A stretch of 64,000 bases of DNA from Acidobacteriota bacterium (GTDB taxonomy: Bacteria; Acidobacteriota; UBA6911; RPQK01; JADFOI01): contig OY760074.1 of assembly GCA_963663035.1 (NCBI GenBank), positions 1,216,001 to 1,280,000 on the forward strand. The letters run 5' to 3'. A program made the translations under genes and the position numbers. Each line of letters opens with the position of its first letter. The stretch's first letter is position 1. The notes below the pieces were generated by a model. The model ran no database searches and had not been told where the DNA came from. It worked only from the letters and a program-made list of their open reading frames with translations. Shown here one piece after another: positions 35,869-44,795 of the stretch.

Positions 35869-36023
35869 ATATGCGGATCAGTATAAGCCTCTTGCTTCGA
35901 GCGGGATGTTCAGCGGAACTCGTTGCCAGTAAAGCTAATTACGTAGCGTCTTCAACCGACTTCTTTTTGCATCTTATACAGACAACTGGATTAGTATACT
36001 GACCAGCATATTCACTGTTATCC
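35869..36023 (+). other. Mini-integron leader / attI-like site, copy B
   Basis: Ends CAGCATATTCACTG|TTATCC; TTATCC is complementary to the cassette's own R'' GGATAAC. Confidence 0.75.
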
Positions 36024-36039
36024 GCCAAGGATGGTTTAG

Positions 36040-36740
36040 ATGAAGTACTTCACTAAATCAGAATGGATGATTTTAGTCGGGTTGTTTGTGCTCAGTGTTA
36101 TTCCCGTCTCCGCAGGTATATTTCGTCTTGTAGAGCTCGGAGGCGGCGCAGCGATGTTACCTGAAAATCCACGTGTGACCGCGGCACCCATGCCGGTTGT
36201 GTTGCACATTATCAGCGTTGGTCTTTACTGCTACCTCGGGGCCTTTCAATTTCTCCCGAGCATCCGCCGTCACAGCCCCAAGTGATGGCTCATGATTCGG
36301 CGCCTGTGGCATGCAACGGCCGGCTCATGGTTGTTTCAGGCATTTCGGCTCTTTCAGGCCTGTGGATGACGCACTTTTATTCCTTCCCTTATGAGCTTCA
36401 AGGCGATCTTCTTTACTGCGTTCGCATTCTGCTTGGTTCCGCCATGGTCGTATTCATAGTTCTGGGTTTGGCTGCCATTTTAAGACGTGACATTGTTCGG
36501 CATAGTTCATGGATGATTCGCGCCTATGCCATCGGCCAAGGGGCGTCCACCCAGGCGCTATTGCTCATGCCTGGGTCTATGATTGGCGAAGAACCGAGTG
36601 GCCTCGCCAGAGACGTATTGATGACATTCGCCTGGATAATAAATATTGCCGTCGCTGAATGGATCATCCGAAAAGTGTTCAACAAAACGGATAACAAGTC
36701 GCTCAACACGGACGTGGCTACGCCACGCCGGTTAGCTTAG
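36040..36740 (+). pseudogene. DUF2306-like membrane protein gene cassette, frameshifted near 36283
   Basis: PVVLHIIS...LGAFQF in one frame, then ALSGLWMT...RHSSWMIRAYAIGQGASTQ in a second frame. Confidence 0.72.
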
Positions 36741-36748
36741 CGTTAGCT
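36689..36748 (+). other. attC site (module B)
   Basis: R'' GGATAAC-AAGTCGCTCAAC...GGACGTGGC-TAC-GCCACGCC...GTTAGCTTAGC-R' GTTAGCT; imperfect 60-bp palindrome. Confidence 0.88.
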
Positions 36749-36787
36749 CAGCCATGGAGAAGACAATCTTGTCAGCCGCTATCGCCC

Positions 36788-36819
36788 ACTTGGCCGTAAA
36801 ACGCCCTATTCGCCCTTGA
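36788..36819 (+). other. dif-like site (right boundary of module B, right arm degenerate)
   Basis: ACTTGGCCGTAAA-ACGCCC-TATTCGCCCTTGA. Confidence 0.5.
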
Positions 36820-37162
36820 ATGATTCCAAGAGGATCTAATCTTCAGGCCAGCCGTAAGGAGGGCGCTGACCATAAAGAGTCCTTAAGGTTGACCAGAGTG
36901 CGGCGAACCGTGTGCTTCCCGCCTTCTATTGCAGAACGCCACCTGGTAGATGCATATCCCAGTCCGGCTTCTGTGAAGGTTGAAAACATCCCCCTCAAAA
37001 TAGATGCACCACTAGTCCGTTTGAGAGCTATTTCAGCAACCAACTCATCAGGGTCGACTAGCACCGGTCTGATTGCCCGACCCCAAACCATGGATCTCTC
37101 GTATGCTGAGATAAACCAAGAGTCCTATTGGCCTGACCTGCCCCCACGAACGAGTCCACCCT

Positions 37163-38058
37163 CTATGCTAGACCCGGGACCATTTGAAGTCCACTCCAAG
37201 GGATTGGATCCAGTGCCTGCGACCTAGGTAGTTTGGCCTCTGGCGCCGGCGGCCGATAGGCCAAGGCGCTGTGAGGCCGGATCTGATTGTAATCCCTCCG
37301 CCAGCGTTCTACCAACACCTTGGCTTCCCCCAGCGTGTCGAAGATCTCCATGTTCAGCAGCTCATCCCGTAGTTTCCCGTTGAAACTCTCAATGTACCCA
37401 TTCTCCCAGGGGCTGCCCGGCTCGATGTACAAGGTCCTTACCCCAACAGCCTGCAGCCAGTCCCGGACCGCCTGTGCCGTAAACTCCGATCCGTTATCGG
37501 ACCGGATAAACTCAGGCACTCCCCGATCAACGAATAACTCCGCCAGCCGGTCCAACACGTCTTGGTGATTCATCTGCCGTTTCACATCAATGGCGAGGCA
37601 CTCTCTGGTGTACTCATCCAGGATCGTCAATAGCCGAAAGGCTCGCCCATCATGGGTCCGTTCATGCACGAAATCATAGCTCCAGACGTGGTTCTTGCGA
37701 GCCGCTCGTAACCGAACACAGGAACCGTCATTAAGCCACAGCCTCCTTCGTTTCGGCTGTCTGGACGGGACTTTCAGCCCTTCTTGTCTCCACAGCCTCT
37801 CCACCCGCTTAGGATTCACCTTCCACCCTTCCCCATGAAGTATCGCCGTGACCCGCCGGTAGCCATAACGCCCGTATTGCTTAGCAACTCCACCATCCGG
37901 GCCACCAATCGGGCCTCATCATCGGGAATTTGCCTTTCCCTTCGCTGGGTCGATCGAACCTGTCCCAGCACTTGGCAGGCCCGACGTTCGGAGACTCGCT
38001 CTGCTCCTAATCGCTCTCGTACCCACATCACCGCTCGTCTCCTGTTCGCCGGGCCTAG
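37163..38058 (-). pseudogene. IS3-family transposase OrfB (frameshifted)
   Basis: VSERRACQVLG in one frame; the integrase core is in another frame (37163-37819). Confidence 0.8.
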
Positions 38059-38333
38059 AAGTTTCCCGAGGACACTTCCTTCAGGATCTGCTTGTCCAAA
38101 GACAGATCCGCCACCAGCTTCTTCAACCGGGTATTCTCCTTCTCCAACACCTTCAACCTCTTGGCCTGGTCCAACCGGAGCCCTCCGTACTCTTTGCGCC
38201 ACCGGTAGTAGGTCTGCTCGCTCACCCCCATCTGCTTCGACACCTGTCCCACCCTCTGTCCTTGGGCCAGACCCACCTCTGCCTCACGCAGCTTCATGAT
38301 GATCTGTTCTGCCCTAAACCGCTTCCCTGCCAT
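38055..38333 (-). CDS. IS3-family transposase OrfA
   Basis: GVSEQTYYRWRKEYGG...LEKENTRLKKLVADLSLD; ends at a GGGAAAC slippery-like site. Confidence 0.9.
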   Translation of the reverse strand: MAGKRFRAEQIIMKLREAEVGLAQGQRVGQVSKQMGVSEQTYYRWRKEYGGLRLDQAKRLKVLEKENTRLKKLVADLSLDKQILKEVSSGNF

Positions 38334-38400
38334 CCTTGCCTCCTTCCTAAACCGGAAATCCTAACATTCAAACTGGACTCGTTTTAGGGGGCAAGGTCAA

Positions 38401-38659
38401 GTGGCGCATGGACTACAATCAGCAAAGACCTCATAGCTCGCTTAGGGATCAAACGCCGGAGGCTTTTGCCCTCGCTAGCGAGGGCAAAGAAAGGGGAGGC
38501 ACTCACGTGAGTAGGGTGAGTGTTCTAGAGCCCCAAGGGGTGGGTGTTTCACCCATCCCAACCTGAAAATACTAACCCTATGCTTGGTACAGTTTTCCGG
38601 GGCAGGTCAGTGGTCCCAGGTCTAACTTAGAAGGTGGACTCGTTCGTGGGGGCAGGTCA
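38401..38659 (+). mobile_element. IS3-family debris: second transposase 3' end plus two stacked right ends
   Basis: WRMDYNQQRPHSSLRDQTPEAFA; ends ...GGGGCAGGTCA at 38609 and 38659, the latter the reverse complement of the 37134 end. Confidence 0.75.
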
Positions 38660-39004
38660 GACTTCGCCGCACTGAGGAATTACTGCCGTCATCTGGAGTT
38701 GAACTTTGCCTCCTTTGCCGTGCTGACTCCTCTGCCGGGGACTGACCTATATCACGAGGTGAGAGATCGGCTCATCACGCGCAACTATGATTGCTTTGAC
38801 TTCATTCACACGCTGCTCCCGACGACACTCCCTCTCAAGGATTTCTATGCGGAGTATCACGATCTTTATAAAAACGGGATCGCCCTGAGCAAGCAGCTCT
38901 CTTTGCTTAAGAAGTATCCATTACGAGAAATCCCAGGCTTACTGGCAAAGGGACGCCGATTCTACAAGAGACTCAAGACGGCCTACCTGGACTATGAGAA
39001 TTGA
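38660..39004 (+). pseudogene. Radical SAM (B12-binding type) C-terminal fragment, cassette truncated by IS3 debris
   Basis: FAVLTPLPGTDLY motif; no N-terminus; followed by attC. Confidence 0.72.
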
Positions 39005-39027
39005 ACGTTGTTGGCGTGTCACTAGCC

Positions 39028-39091
39028 GTCTAACCAGTCGCTCCAGCCGCCGCGGGCCCGAGGCCCGCGCGGGCTGAGCTCATCGTTAGCT
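39028..39091 (+). other. attC site (module D)
   Basis: R'' GTCTAAC-CAGTCGCTCCAGCC...GCGGGCC-CGA-GGCCCGC...GGCTGAGCTCATC-R' GTTAGCT. Confidence 0.88.
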
Positions 39092-39125
39092 CAGCCATAG
39101 AGAAGCCAATCACCACCCTTTCGCC

Positions 39126-39157
39126 ACTTGGATGTATAACGCCCTTACCGGAAACTG
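39126..39157 (+). other. dif-like 13-6-13 site
   Basis: ACTTGGATGTATA-ACGCCC-TTACCGGAAACTG. Confidence 0.62.
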
Positions 39158-39219
39158 ATCGACAACCGAAGGTTCAGGTTTGGTGCAAAGTGGTGCATAT
39201 TGATGTATAATTGTAGTTT

Positions 39220-39477
39220 ATGGCAACCATGGAAAAACCCATTCGTCAGAGCATCTCGCTGCCCTCTCGTCTGGCCAAGCGGGTCAAGGCTTTGGCCAAG
39301 CACCAGAAGACCAGCGCGAACCGAGTTCTCGTTGAGCTCATCGAGACTGGGCTGGAGTCGAAGGAAGCTGAGAAACACCGGTTCTTTAAACTGGCAGACC
39401 GGTTGAGTACTTCGACCGATAGAGCAGAGCAGCGGCGCATCAAGGAGGAGCTGGCACGCCTGACGTTTGGGGAGTAG
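39220..39477 (+). CDS. Ribbon-helix-helix (CopG-like) protein, putative antitoxin
   Basis: RQSISLPSRLAKRVKALAKHQKTSANRVLVELIETGL fits an RHH strand-helix-helix pattern. Confidence 0.75.
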   Translation: MATMEKPIRQSISLPSRLAKRVKALAKHQKTSANRVLVELIETGLESKEAEKHRFFKLADRLSTSTDRAEQRRIKEELARLTFGE

Positions 39478-39720
39478 ATGCCGAAAATTCAATGGAAGAA
39501 TCTCCCGCCTGCCCTCCGGGATCATCTCTTCGATCGACTTCGCGAGCGAAAAGTCACAGTCGAGAACCTCTATCAGTTGAAACTTTGGCGCGAAACCGAG
39601 CCCGAGGCTCCAGAAGGACTTTGGTACAAGGACTTTGGATCGTTCAAGATCTGTGGGGAAGGGAGATATCCGAAGACCTTTCTACTGCGCGGTCAGCCCG
39701 CCAAGGGGGTGAAGCTCTGA
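39478..39720 (+). CDS. Small basic hypothetical protein, putative toxin
   Basis: 80 aa, ATG directly after the RHH stop (TAGATG), GGAG RBS inside the upstream gene. Confidence 0.65.
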   Translation: MPKIQWKNLPPALRDHLFDRLRERKVTVENLYQLKLWRETEPEAPEGLWYKDFGSFKICGEGRYPKTFLLRGQPAKGVKL

Positions 39721-39848
39721 AGTACTCCCATTAATGCTTGGAAGACCTCCCGCGACCTCACGGCTACCTCTCGGCCCTATGACCCTCTACTCACCTCCGG
39801 ATGCAAGAGGACCTAATCTTCAGGCCAGCGGTAAGGAGGCCGCTGACC

Positions 39849-40799
39849 ATGAAGAGAAAAAGCAAAAGGAGTTCCAAGAAGGTTTCCAAGACCAAAACCA
39901 GGCTTCAGCTTCCCGATCTCGATCAAGCCAAGGCAGCCGTGCTCAACAGTCTAGGATCACCGGAGTCGCAACGCGGGTATCACCATGCCATCGACGAGTT
40001 CATTGGTTGGTATTGCTCTGAACCGCGCCTCTCCTTCAACAAGAGCGTGGTAACCCGCTACCGAATCCACCTCGAGGCTCGCCAACTGGCACCAGGAACC
40101 ATCAACGTCAGACTCGCAGCGGTGCGCCGTCTCGCTTACGAGGCGGCCGACTTTGGGCTGTTGAGCCCGGAACTCGCAGCGGGCATACGCCGGGTCAAGG
40201 GAGCGAAAAAATTGGGCGTTCGCCTTGGCAACTGGCTGACGGCTGAAGAGGCTCGCACCCTGTGGCAACTTCCTAATACCGAGACTCTCAAAGGCAAGCG
40301 TGACCGAGCAATCCTGGCAACCCTCTTAGGTTGTGGACTTCGTCGCCGTGAGCTTGCTGAGTTGACCTTCTATCACCTCCAACGTCGTGAAGATCGCTGG
40401 GTAATCATCGACCTGGTTGGCAAAGGGGGCCATGTTCGGACAGTCCCGGTTCCAGACTGGGTCAAACGAGCCATCGACATCTGGCTCACCGCAGCCGGAA
40501 TTGCGAGCGGTCGACTCTTTCGGTGCGTTTGTAGAGCGGGAACCGCCTGGGGCAACGGCATGACGGAGAAGGTTGTCTGGCATGTCGTCAAAAACTATGC
40601 TGCCAAGCTCGGAGCTCCAAAGCTCGCTCCACATGACCTTCGTCGATCCTGTGCACGCCTCTGTCACGAAGCCGGCGGCGAGTTGGAACAGATCCAATTT
40701 CTGCTCGGCCACGTCTCAGTGCAAACGACAGAAAAGTACCTTGGGTGCAAGCAGCGCCTTCGCGGAGCCGTCAACGATCGAATTGGAATTGAGCTATGA
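39849..40799 (+). CDS. Tyrosine recombinase / site-specific integrase
   Basis: RDRAIL...GLRRREL, GKGGHVR, HDLRRS, LLGH and TTEKY give a complete R-K-H-R-H-Y set; AAGGAGG RBS before ATG 39849. Confidence 0.93.
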   Translation: MKRKSKRSSKKVSKTKTRLQLPDLDQAKAAVLNSLGSPESQRGYHHAIDEFIGWYCSEPRLSFNKSVVTRYRIHLEARQLAPGTINVRLAAVRRLAYEAADFGLLSPELAAGIRRVKGAKKLGVRLGNWLTAEEARTLWQLPNTETLKGKRDRAILATLLGCGLRRRELAELTFYHLQRREDRWVIIDLVGKGGHVRTVPVPDWVKRAIDIWLTAAGIASGRLFRCVCRAGTAWGNGMTEKVVWHVVKNYAAKLGAPKLAPHDLRRSCARLCHEAGGELEQIQFLLGHVSVQTTEKYLGCKQRLRGAVNDRIGIEL

Positions 40800-40830
40800 C
40801 ATAGTCAGGTGCAAGGGTATACGACATCCC

Positions 40831-40862
40831 ACCCGGACGACTTGCCGACTATACGTCCATGT
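40831..40862 (-). other. dif-like site downstream of the recombinase
   Basis: ACCCGGACGACTT-GCCGAC-TATACGTCCATGT. Confidence 0.55.
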
Positions 40863-40971
40863 GAACAAGTAGGCCTGCCACATCAGCAACGATCAGTCAT
40901 ACAGATTTAGACAGGCTGAGATGCATCTAACATCCTTTGCAGGACATAACCTGCGAGAGTTGCCCAGATGG

Positions 40972-41595
40972 TTAACACCTATCACCGAGGCTCATCATTA
41001 GAAAGCCACAGAATGCAGGATTGTTCGGCGCAAGATTTGCGTTTGATTTGGCTCTGATTTCCAAAAGATTCTTACGGAATTTGCGATAGAAATCCCATGT
41101 GGGGGTGGGCCTATATTCAAGATCTAGTTCAAGTTTCTCTATGATCAATTTTGCGGTCGTCGGCTTCACAAAAACCTCTTTTCGCGGACGGTAGTATGCC
41201 TGAATTACCGTAGCAAGTGACCACTTGGCTAGTTTGTTCTTCATAAGCTGATCGACAAAAAGCTCAAACCCAATCCTCTCTTTGCCGTGAAGGAGTTCGA
41301 AGAGCGCCTCCGACACGGCTTCCTTCTCCTTTGTCTTCATTGCTTTTGTATAGTCACGGAATTTCGGCTTTTCAAACATCGAAATCATCGTCGATCGACC
41401 GACGAGTTTCGCTGTTTCAGTGACCACGTAATGAGGGTCGTTGAAATTGTCTTTTGCGAAGGCTTCCTTTGCCAAAGCCTCAAATTGTTCCATCTTGTGC
41501 TTTTTCCCAAGTTCAACCAGATCAGGGTGCTTGAACCCCCCGGGGTACTGCCTAAGAAATTTCCTTTCGGCCTCTTGGAGTACCTTGGCATTCAT
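40972..41595 (-). CDS. Hypothetical protein (207 aa)
   Basis: Clean ORF with AGGAG RBS; no motif recognised. Confidence 0.75.
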   Translation of the reverse strand: MNAKVLQEAERKFLRQYPGGFKHPDLVELGKKHKMEQFEALAKEAFAKDNFNDPHYVVTETAKLVGRSTMISMFEKPKFRDYTKAMKTKEKEAVSEALFELLHGKERIGFELFVDQLMKNKLAKWSLATVIQAYYRPRKEVFVKPTTAKLIIEKLELDLEYRPTPTWDFYRKFRKNLLEIRAKSNANLAPNNPAFCGFLMMSLGDRC

Positions 41596-41605
41596 ATTGT
41601 TTCTC

Positions 41606-41791
41606 CTAGTGCGATCTTATGTATGCTTTGCGTCCATCAATCATCTTCAGAACGTCCCGACTCATCATGCTCTTCATCATGAATGAGTCCATTAGGGAGA
41701 CTACCCAGTTCTTTGGCGCATAGTGGGTCTGCAACCCAACCCTCGTTGTGTTGTCGTCGAGCTCTCCGGACACCCCACAGCATCTGGCCAC
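41606..41791 (-). pseudogene. Possible SRPBCC-like C-terminal gene remnant
   Basis: TTRVGLQTHYAPK...MMKSMMSRDVLKMIDGRKAYI resembles a terminal strand plus helix; weak. Confidence 0.3.
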
Positions 41792-41797
41792 TGATAC

Positions 41798-42385
41798 TCA
41801 GATTGCGCTATTGGGCCTGTAGATGCTCATCATCGCGCCAGTCGAGCAAGTATCCGTTTTTATGAGCGTCAAACCTGTCGGTACGGTGCCCTGAGCGAAT
41901 AGGCGTTTCCCAGAGCCAACAAGGACGGGAAAGATCCATAGTCGGAACTCATCGATAAGCCCATGGGAAAGGAGGGTCTGGATCAGTTGCCAGCTTCCAT
42001 GAACTTGTAGCAAGGGACCGTCTTGGTCCTTGAGTCGAGAGACCTCCGCCGCAATGTCCCCTGTGATGGGCACGGAGTTTTTCCACTCGAGTTTGCTCAA
42101 GGTGGATGTCGCAACGAACTTGGTTGCGTTGTTAAGTTTGTTGGCAGGCGGGTCGTTGCCGGCGTCTGGCCAATGAGCTGCGAAGCCCTCGTAGGTCTTT
42201 CGGCCGAGTAGAAGGTCGTAGGGAGCGGCCATCGCCTCTTCCATCACCTGCTCCATCACGTCGTCCCAACAGTCGCGGGCCCAGCCGCCGTGCATAAATC
42301 CGCCCGAAGGATCTTCCTCGGGACCGCCGGGCGCCTGCATGACGCCGTCAAGAGTCAAAAATGTTAAAATCGCAAGATTCCTCAT
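41798..42385 (-). CDS. Dihydrofolate reductase-like (RibD C-terminal) family protein
   Basis: TLDGVMQAPGGPEED, LLLGRKTYE, VHGSWQL and LIDEFRLWIFPVLVGSGKRLF. Confidence 0.9.
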   Translation of the reverse strand: MRNLAILTFLTLDGVMQAPGGPEEDPSGGFMHGGWARDCWDDVMEQVMEEAMAAPYDLLLGRKTYEGFAAHWPDAGNDPPANKLNNATKFVATSTLSKLEWKNSVPITGDIAAEVSRLKDQDGPLLQVHGSWQLIQTLLSHGLIDEFRLWIFPVLVGSGKRLFAQGTVPTGLTLIKTDTCSTGAMMSIYRPNSAI

Positions 42386-42430
42386 GACGATCTCCTTGTT
42401 CTGCTTGCCGCTAGTTCATATGTCCTAGCT

Positions 42431-42856
42431 TCAGCGTGTGGTAGTTGAGTTGAATTTCGCTCGTACGTCTGCGATGTAGCTCGACTTATCTCCTCTAAAC
42501 CGATCCAGGTGTTCCCTCGTAACAGCAGTGTATAGATCGTACTTTGACGCCCAAATAAACATCTCGATGAACATAGGAAGTAGATCGAGAGCCTTCTCAG
42601 TGGGGGAGTAAATATTCTTCCTGAGATTGTTCGGATCTCGGGTCTTTTTTAGTATCTTGAGCTTCTCTAGCTTAGCGAGTCGATCCGCGAGGATATTGGT
42701 GGAGATGCCTTCCTCGGACTCCAGGAACTCGTGATAATACTGTTTTCCCAAGATGATGACGTCTCTCAAAATGAGGAGGCTCCACTTGTCACCGAGCAGC
42801 TCAAGAAAGTATGCGCATGGGCACCCGGTTCGGGTCTTGTACTTCATATCAACCAT
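42431..42856 (-). CDS. HxlR-family winged-helix regulator
   Basis: RTGCPCAYFLELLGDKWSLLILRD...EGISTNILADRL. Confidence 0.9.
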   Translation of the reverse strand: MVDMKYKTRTGCPCAYFLELLGDKWSLLILRDVIILGKQYYHEFLESEEGISTNILADRLAKLEKLKILKKTRDPNNLRKNIYSPTEKALDLLPMFIEMFIWASKYDLYTAVTREHLDRFRGDKSSYIADVRAKFNSTTTR

Positions 42857-43091
42857 AGCAAAACACCTGTTAACTTGTAAAATGATAGCATTAATAGGTA
42901 CATAAAAGCAAGCTCTATTTAAAAGGGTAAATAACATATAAACATATTATAAACAAATGGTTAATAGAAGTTCAATTGAGTAGTGTTCAGACATATAGAA
43001 AAAAATATCCATCAATAACTTGCATAATACAAGTATCATTGGTATACATAGTCTCCGACCATGAAACCTATTAACAAAGGAGGAAAAGAAA

Positions 43092-43457
43092 ATGGAAAAC
43101 ACAGTCGTATGGTTTGACATCCCGGTCACCAATATTGAGCGGGCAAAAGAATTCTATCAAGCAGTGATCGGTGCAGAACTCACAGACATGGAGAATGGGC
43201 CCGCCCGGTTTGCCATGTTCCCATTCGCGCCAGGTATCGCGTCAGGTGCACTCGTTCAGAGTCCTGACAGTAAACCAAGCGCTTCGGGCACCACGGTCTA
43301 TCTAAATGGAGGGAAAGATCTTTCAGACCCGTTATCACGCGTAGAAAGTGCTGGTGGCAAGATCGTAATGCCAAAGACCAGTATAGGAGAAAATGGGTTT
43401 ATGGCCCGTTTCCAGGACACTGAAGGCAACGTCGTAGCTCTACATAGTATGCAGTAG
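43092..43457 (+). CDS. VOC/glyoxalase family protein
   Basis: VWFDIPVTNIERAKEFY...RVESAGGKI...FQDTEGNVVALHS; AAGGAGG RBS. Confidence 0.92.
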   Translation: MENTVVWFDIPVTNIERAKEFYQAVIGAELTDMENGPARFAMFPFAPGIASGALVQSPDSKPSASGTTVYLNGGKDLSDPLSRVESAGGKIVMPKTSIGENGFMARFQDTEGNVVALHSMQ

Positions 43458-43502
43458 GAAGGAGAGCCTGGCTGTTTGGCTCGCGATTTTGGGATTTGAT
43501 TG

Positions 43503-43541
43503 AGGCCCGGCCTGCCGGTAAACTAGCCGTCGGGCCGGGCC
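43503..43541 (+). terminator. GC-rich hairpin after the VOC gene
   Basis: AGGCCCGGCC...GGCCGGGCCT; no clear U tract. Confidence 0.35.
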
Positions 43542-43592
43542 TATCGAAACGATCCCTGAAAACAGGTAATCAACACCACGGAGACTCTAAAT

Positions 43593-44300
43593 ATGCAAAA
43601 TCATAAGATAGTATCGAAAGAAGAGTGGCTTGTTGCACGAAAAGAGCTTTTGGCTAGAGAGAAAGAATCTACCCGACTACGTGACCAATTGAGTGCTGAG
43701 CGGCGGAAACTCCCCTGGGTCAAGGTCGAGAGCGAGTATCTTTTCGACACTCCGAAGGGTCAAGAAAGCCTGTCGGATTTATTCGAGGGACGTAGCCAGT
43801 TGATTATCTATCACTTCATGTACGGGCCTGACTGGGCGGAAGGTTGTCCCAGCTGTTCCTTTTGGGCGGACAATTTCAACGGAATTAATATTCACCTCAA
43901 CCATCGAGACATCAATCTGGTTGTTGTCTCTAGGGCACGACTGGAGACGCTAGAAGCCTACAAAAGGCGCATGAATTGGAGTTTTAAGTGGGTATCATCG
44001 TTTGGAAGCGATTTCAATCGTGACTACAGCGTTTCATTCACTCCCGAGGAAGCGGAAAAAGGGGAGGTATTCTACAACTTTCGCGTCGGCAAGTTTCCCA
44101 GCGAGGAGGCAGCCGGAATCAGTGTGTTTTACAAGAACGAGCAGGGAGACGTCTTTCATACATATTCGTGTTACGCACGCGGTTTGGATATGGTAAACGG
44201 CGCATACCACTACATGGATCTCGCACCCAAAGGGCGTGATGAAGGCAGTTTACCTTACACGATGGCTTGGCTCAGTCGTCATGATCAGTACAAGGATTGA
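43593..44300 (+). CDS. DUF899 thioredoxin-like protein
   Basis: EWLVARKELLAREKE, RRKLPWV, LFEGRSQLIIYHFM, GCPSCSF, HTYSCYARG. Confidence 0.92.
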   Translation: MQNHKIVSKEEWLVARKELLAREKESTRLRDQLSAERRKLPWVKVESEYLFDTPKGQESLSDLFEGRSQLIIYHFMYGPDWAEGCPSCSFWADNFNGINIHLNHRDINLVVVSRARLETLEAYKRRMNWSFKWVSSFGSDFNRDYSVSFTPEEAEKGEVFYNFRVGKFPSEEAAGISVFYKNEQGDVFHTYSCYARGLDMVNGAYHYMDLAPKGRDEGSLPYTMAWLSRHDQYKD

Positions 44301-44454
44301 AGTCCTGTCCCCGTATTCGTCAGTATCGCATCAACGGAGTTGCTCACCCGCTGGAGAATTGAAGCAAAAAAATGACTGCACCAACTAACACTGTTTTTCG
44401 CATACGTCATCTCCGCCAAACCTTTCGGAATTTTTGGGTTTGGTGCTCAAATGG

Positions 44455-44590
44455 ACACGTCCTTCCAAGACTCCATCAAACGGTAAAGCGTTCAGTCCGA
44501 GGCGATATCGAAGTCGTAGATGACGGTATGGATGCCACCTTGACCGATCTCCTCTAGAACTTTGTAGTGGCTGATGGTCGTGCCGACCAT
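44455..44590 (-). pseudogene. Decayed Ser/Thr kinase 5' remnant
   Basis: MVGTTISHYKVLEEIGQGG, followed by a degenerate VIYDFDIASD segment and a stop. Confidence 0.7.
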
Positions 44591-44795
44591 GACGTCTTCC
44601 TCAATGTGGGTGTGATTCTTGTTCAATCCTAAAACCATTGGGAGTGAAAAGGCAATCAAAATTGCCCCTTATCTTGGCTGGAGCGGGGTGGAATGGGGTG
44701 GAGTGGGTTTGGCGCGGGCACACTTCGGGCACAATTTGGGTACTTTGGGGTTGAGTCAGGGAGACTCAACTTGGCTGAAACCCGCGTCAGAAGCG

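Larger units (their letters stand above)
37134..38399 (-). mobile_element. IS3-family element; orfB carries an extra frameshift
   Basis: TG...CA ends TGACCTGCCCCCACGAACGAGTCCA / TGGACTCGTTTTAGGGGGCAAGGTCA; orfA 38055-38333; orfB with [22 protein letters not shown]; frame break near 37888 before YGRYGYRR. Confidence 0.9.

Noticed and set aside
43503-43541. Hairpin after the VOC gene as an attC
   Set aside because: No RYYYAAC/GTTRRRY boxes; more like an ordinary stem-loop.
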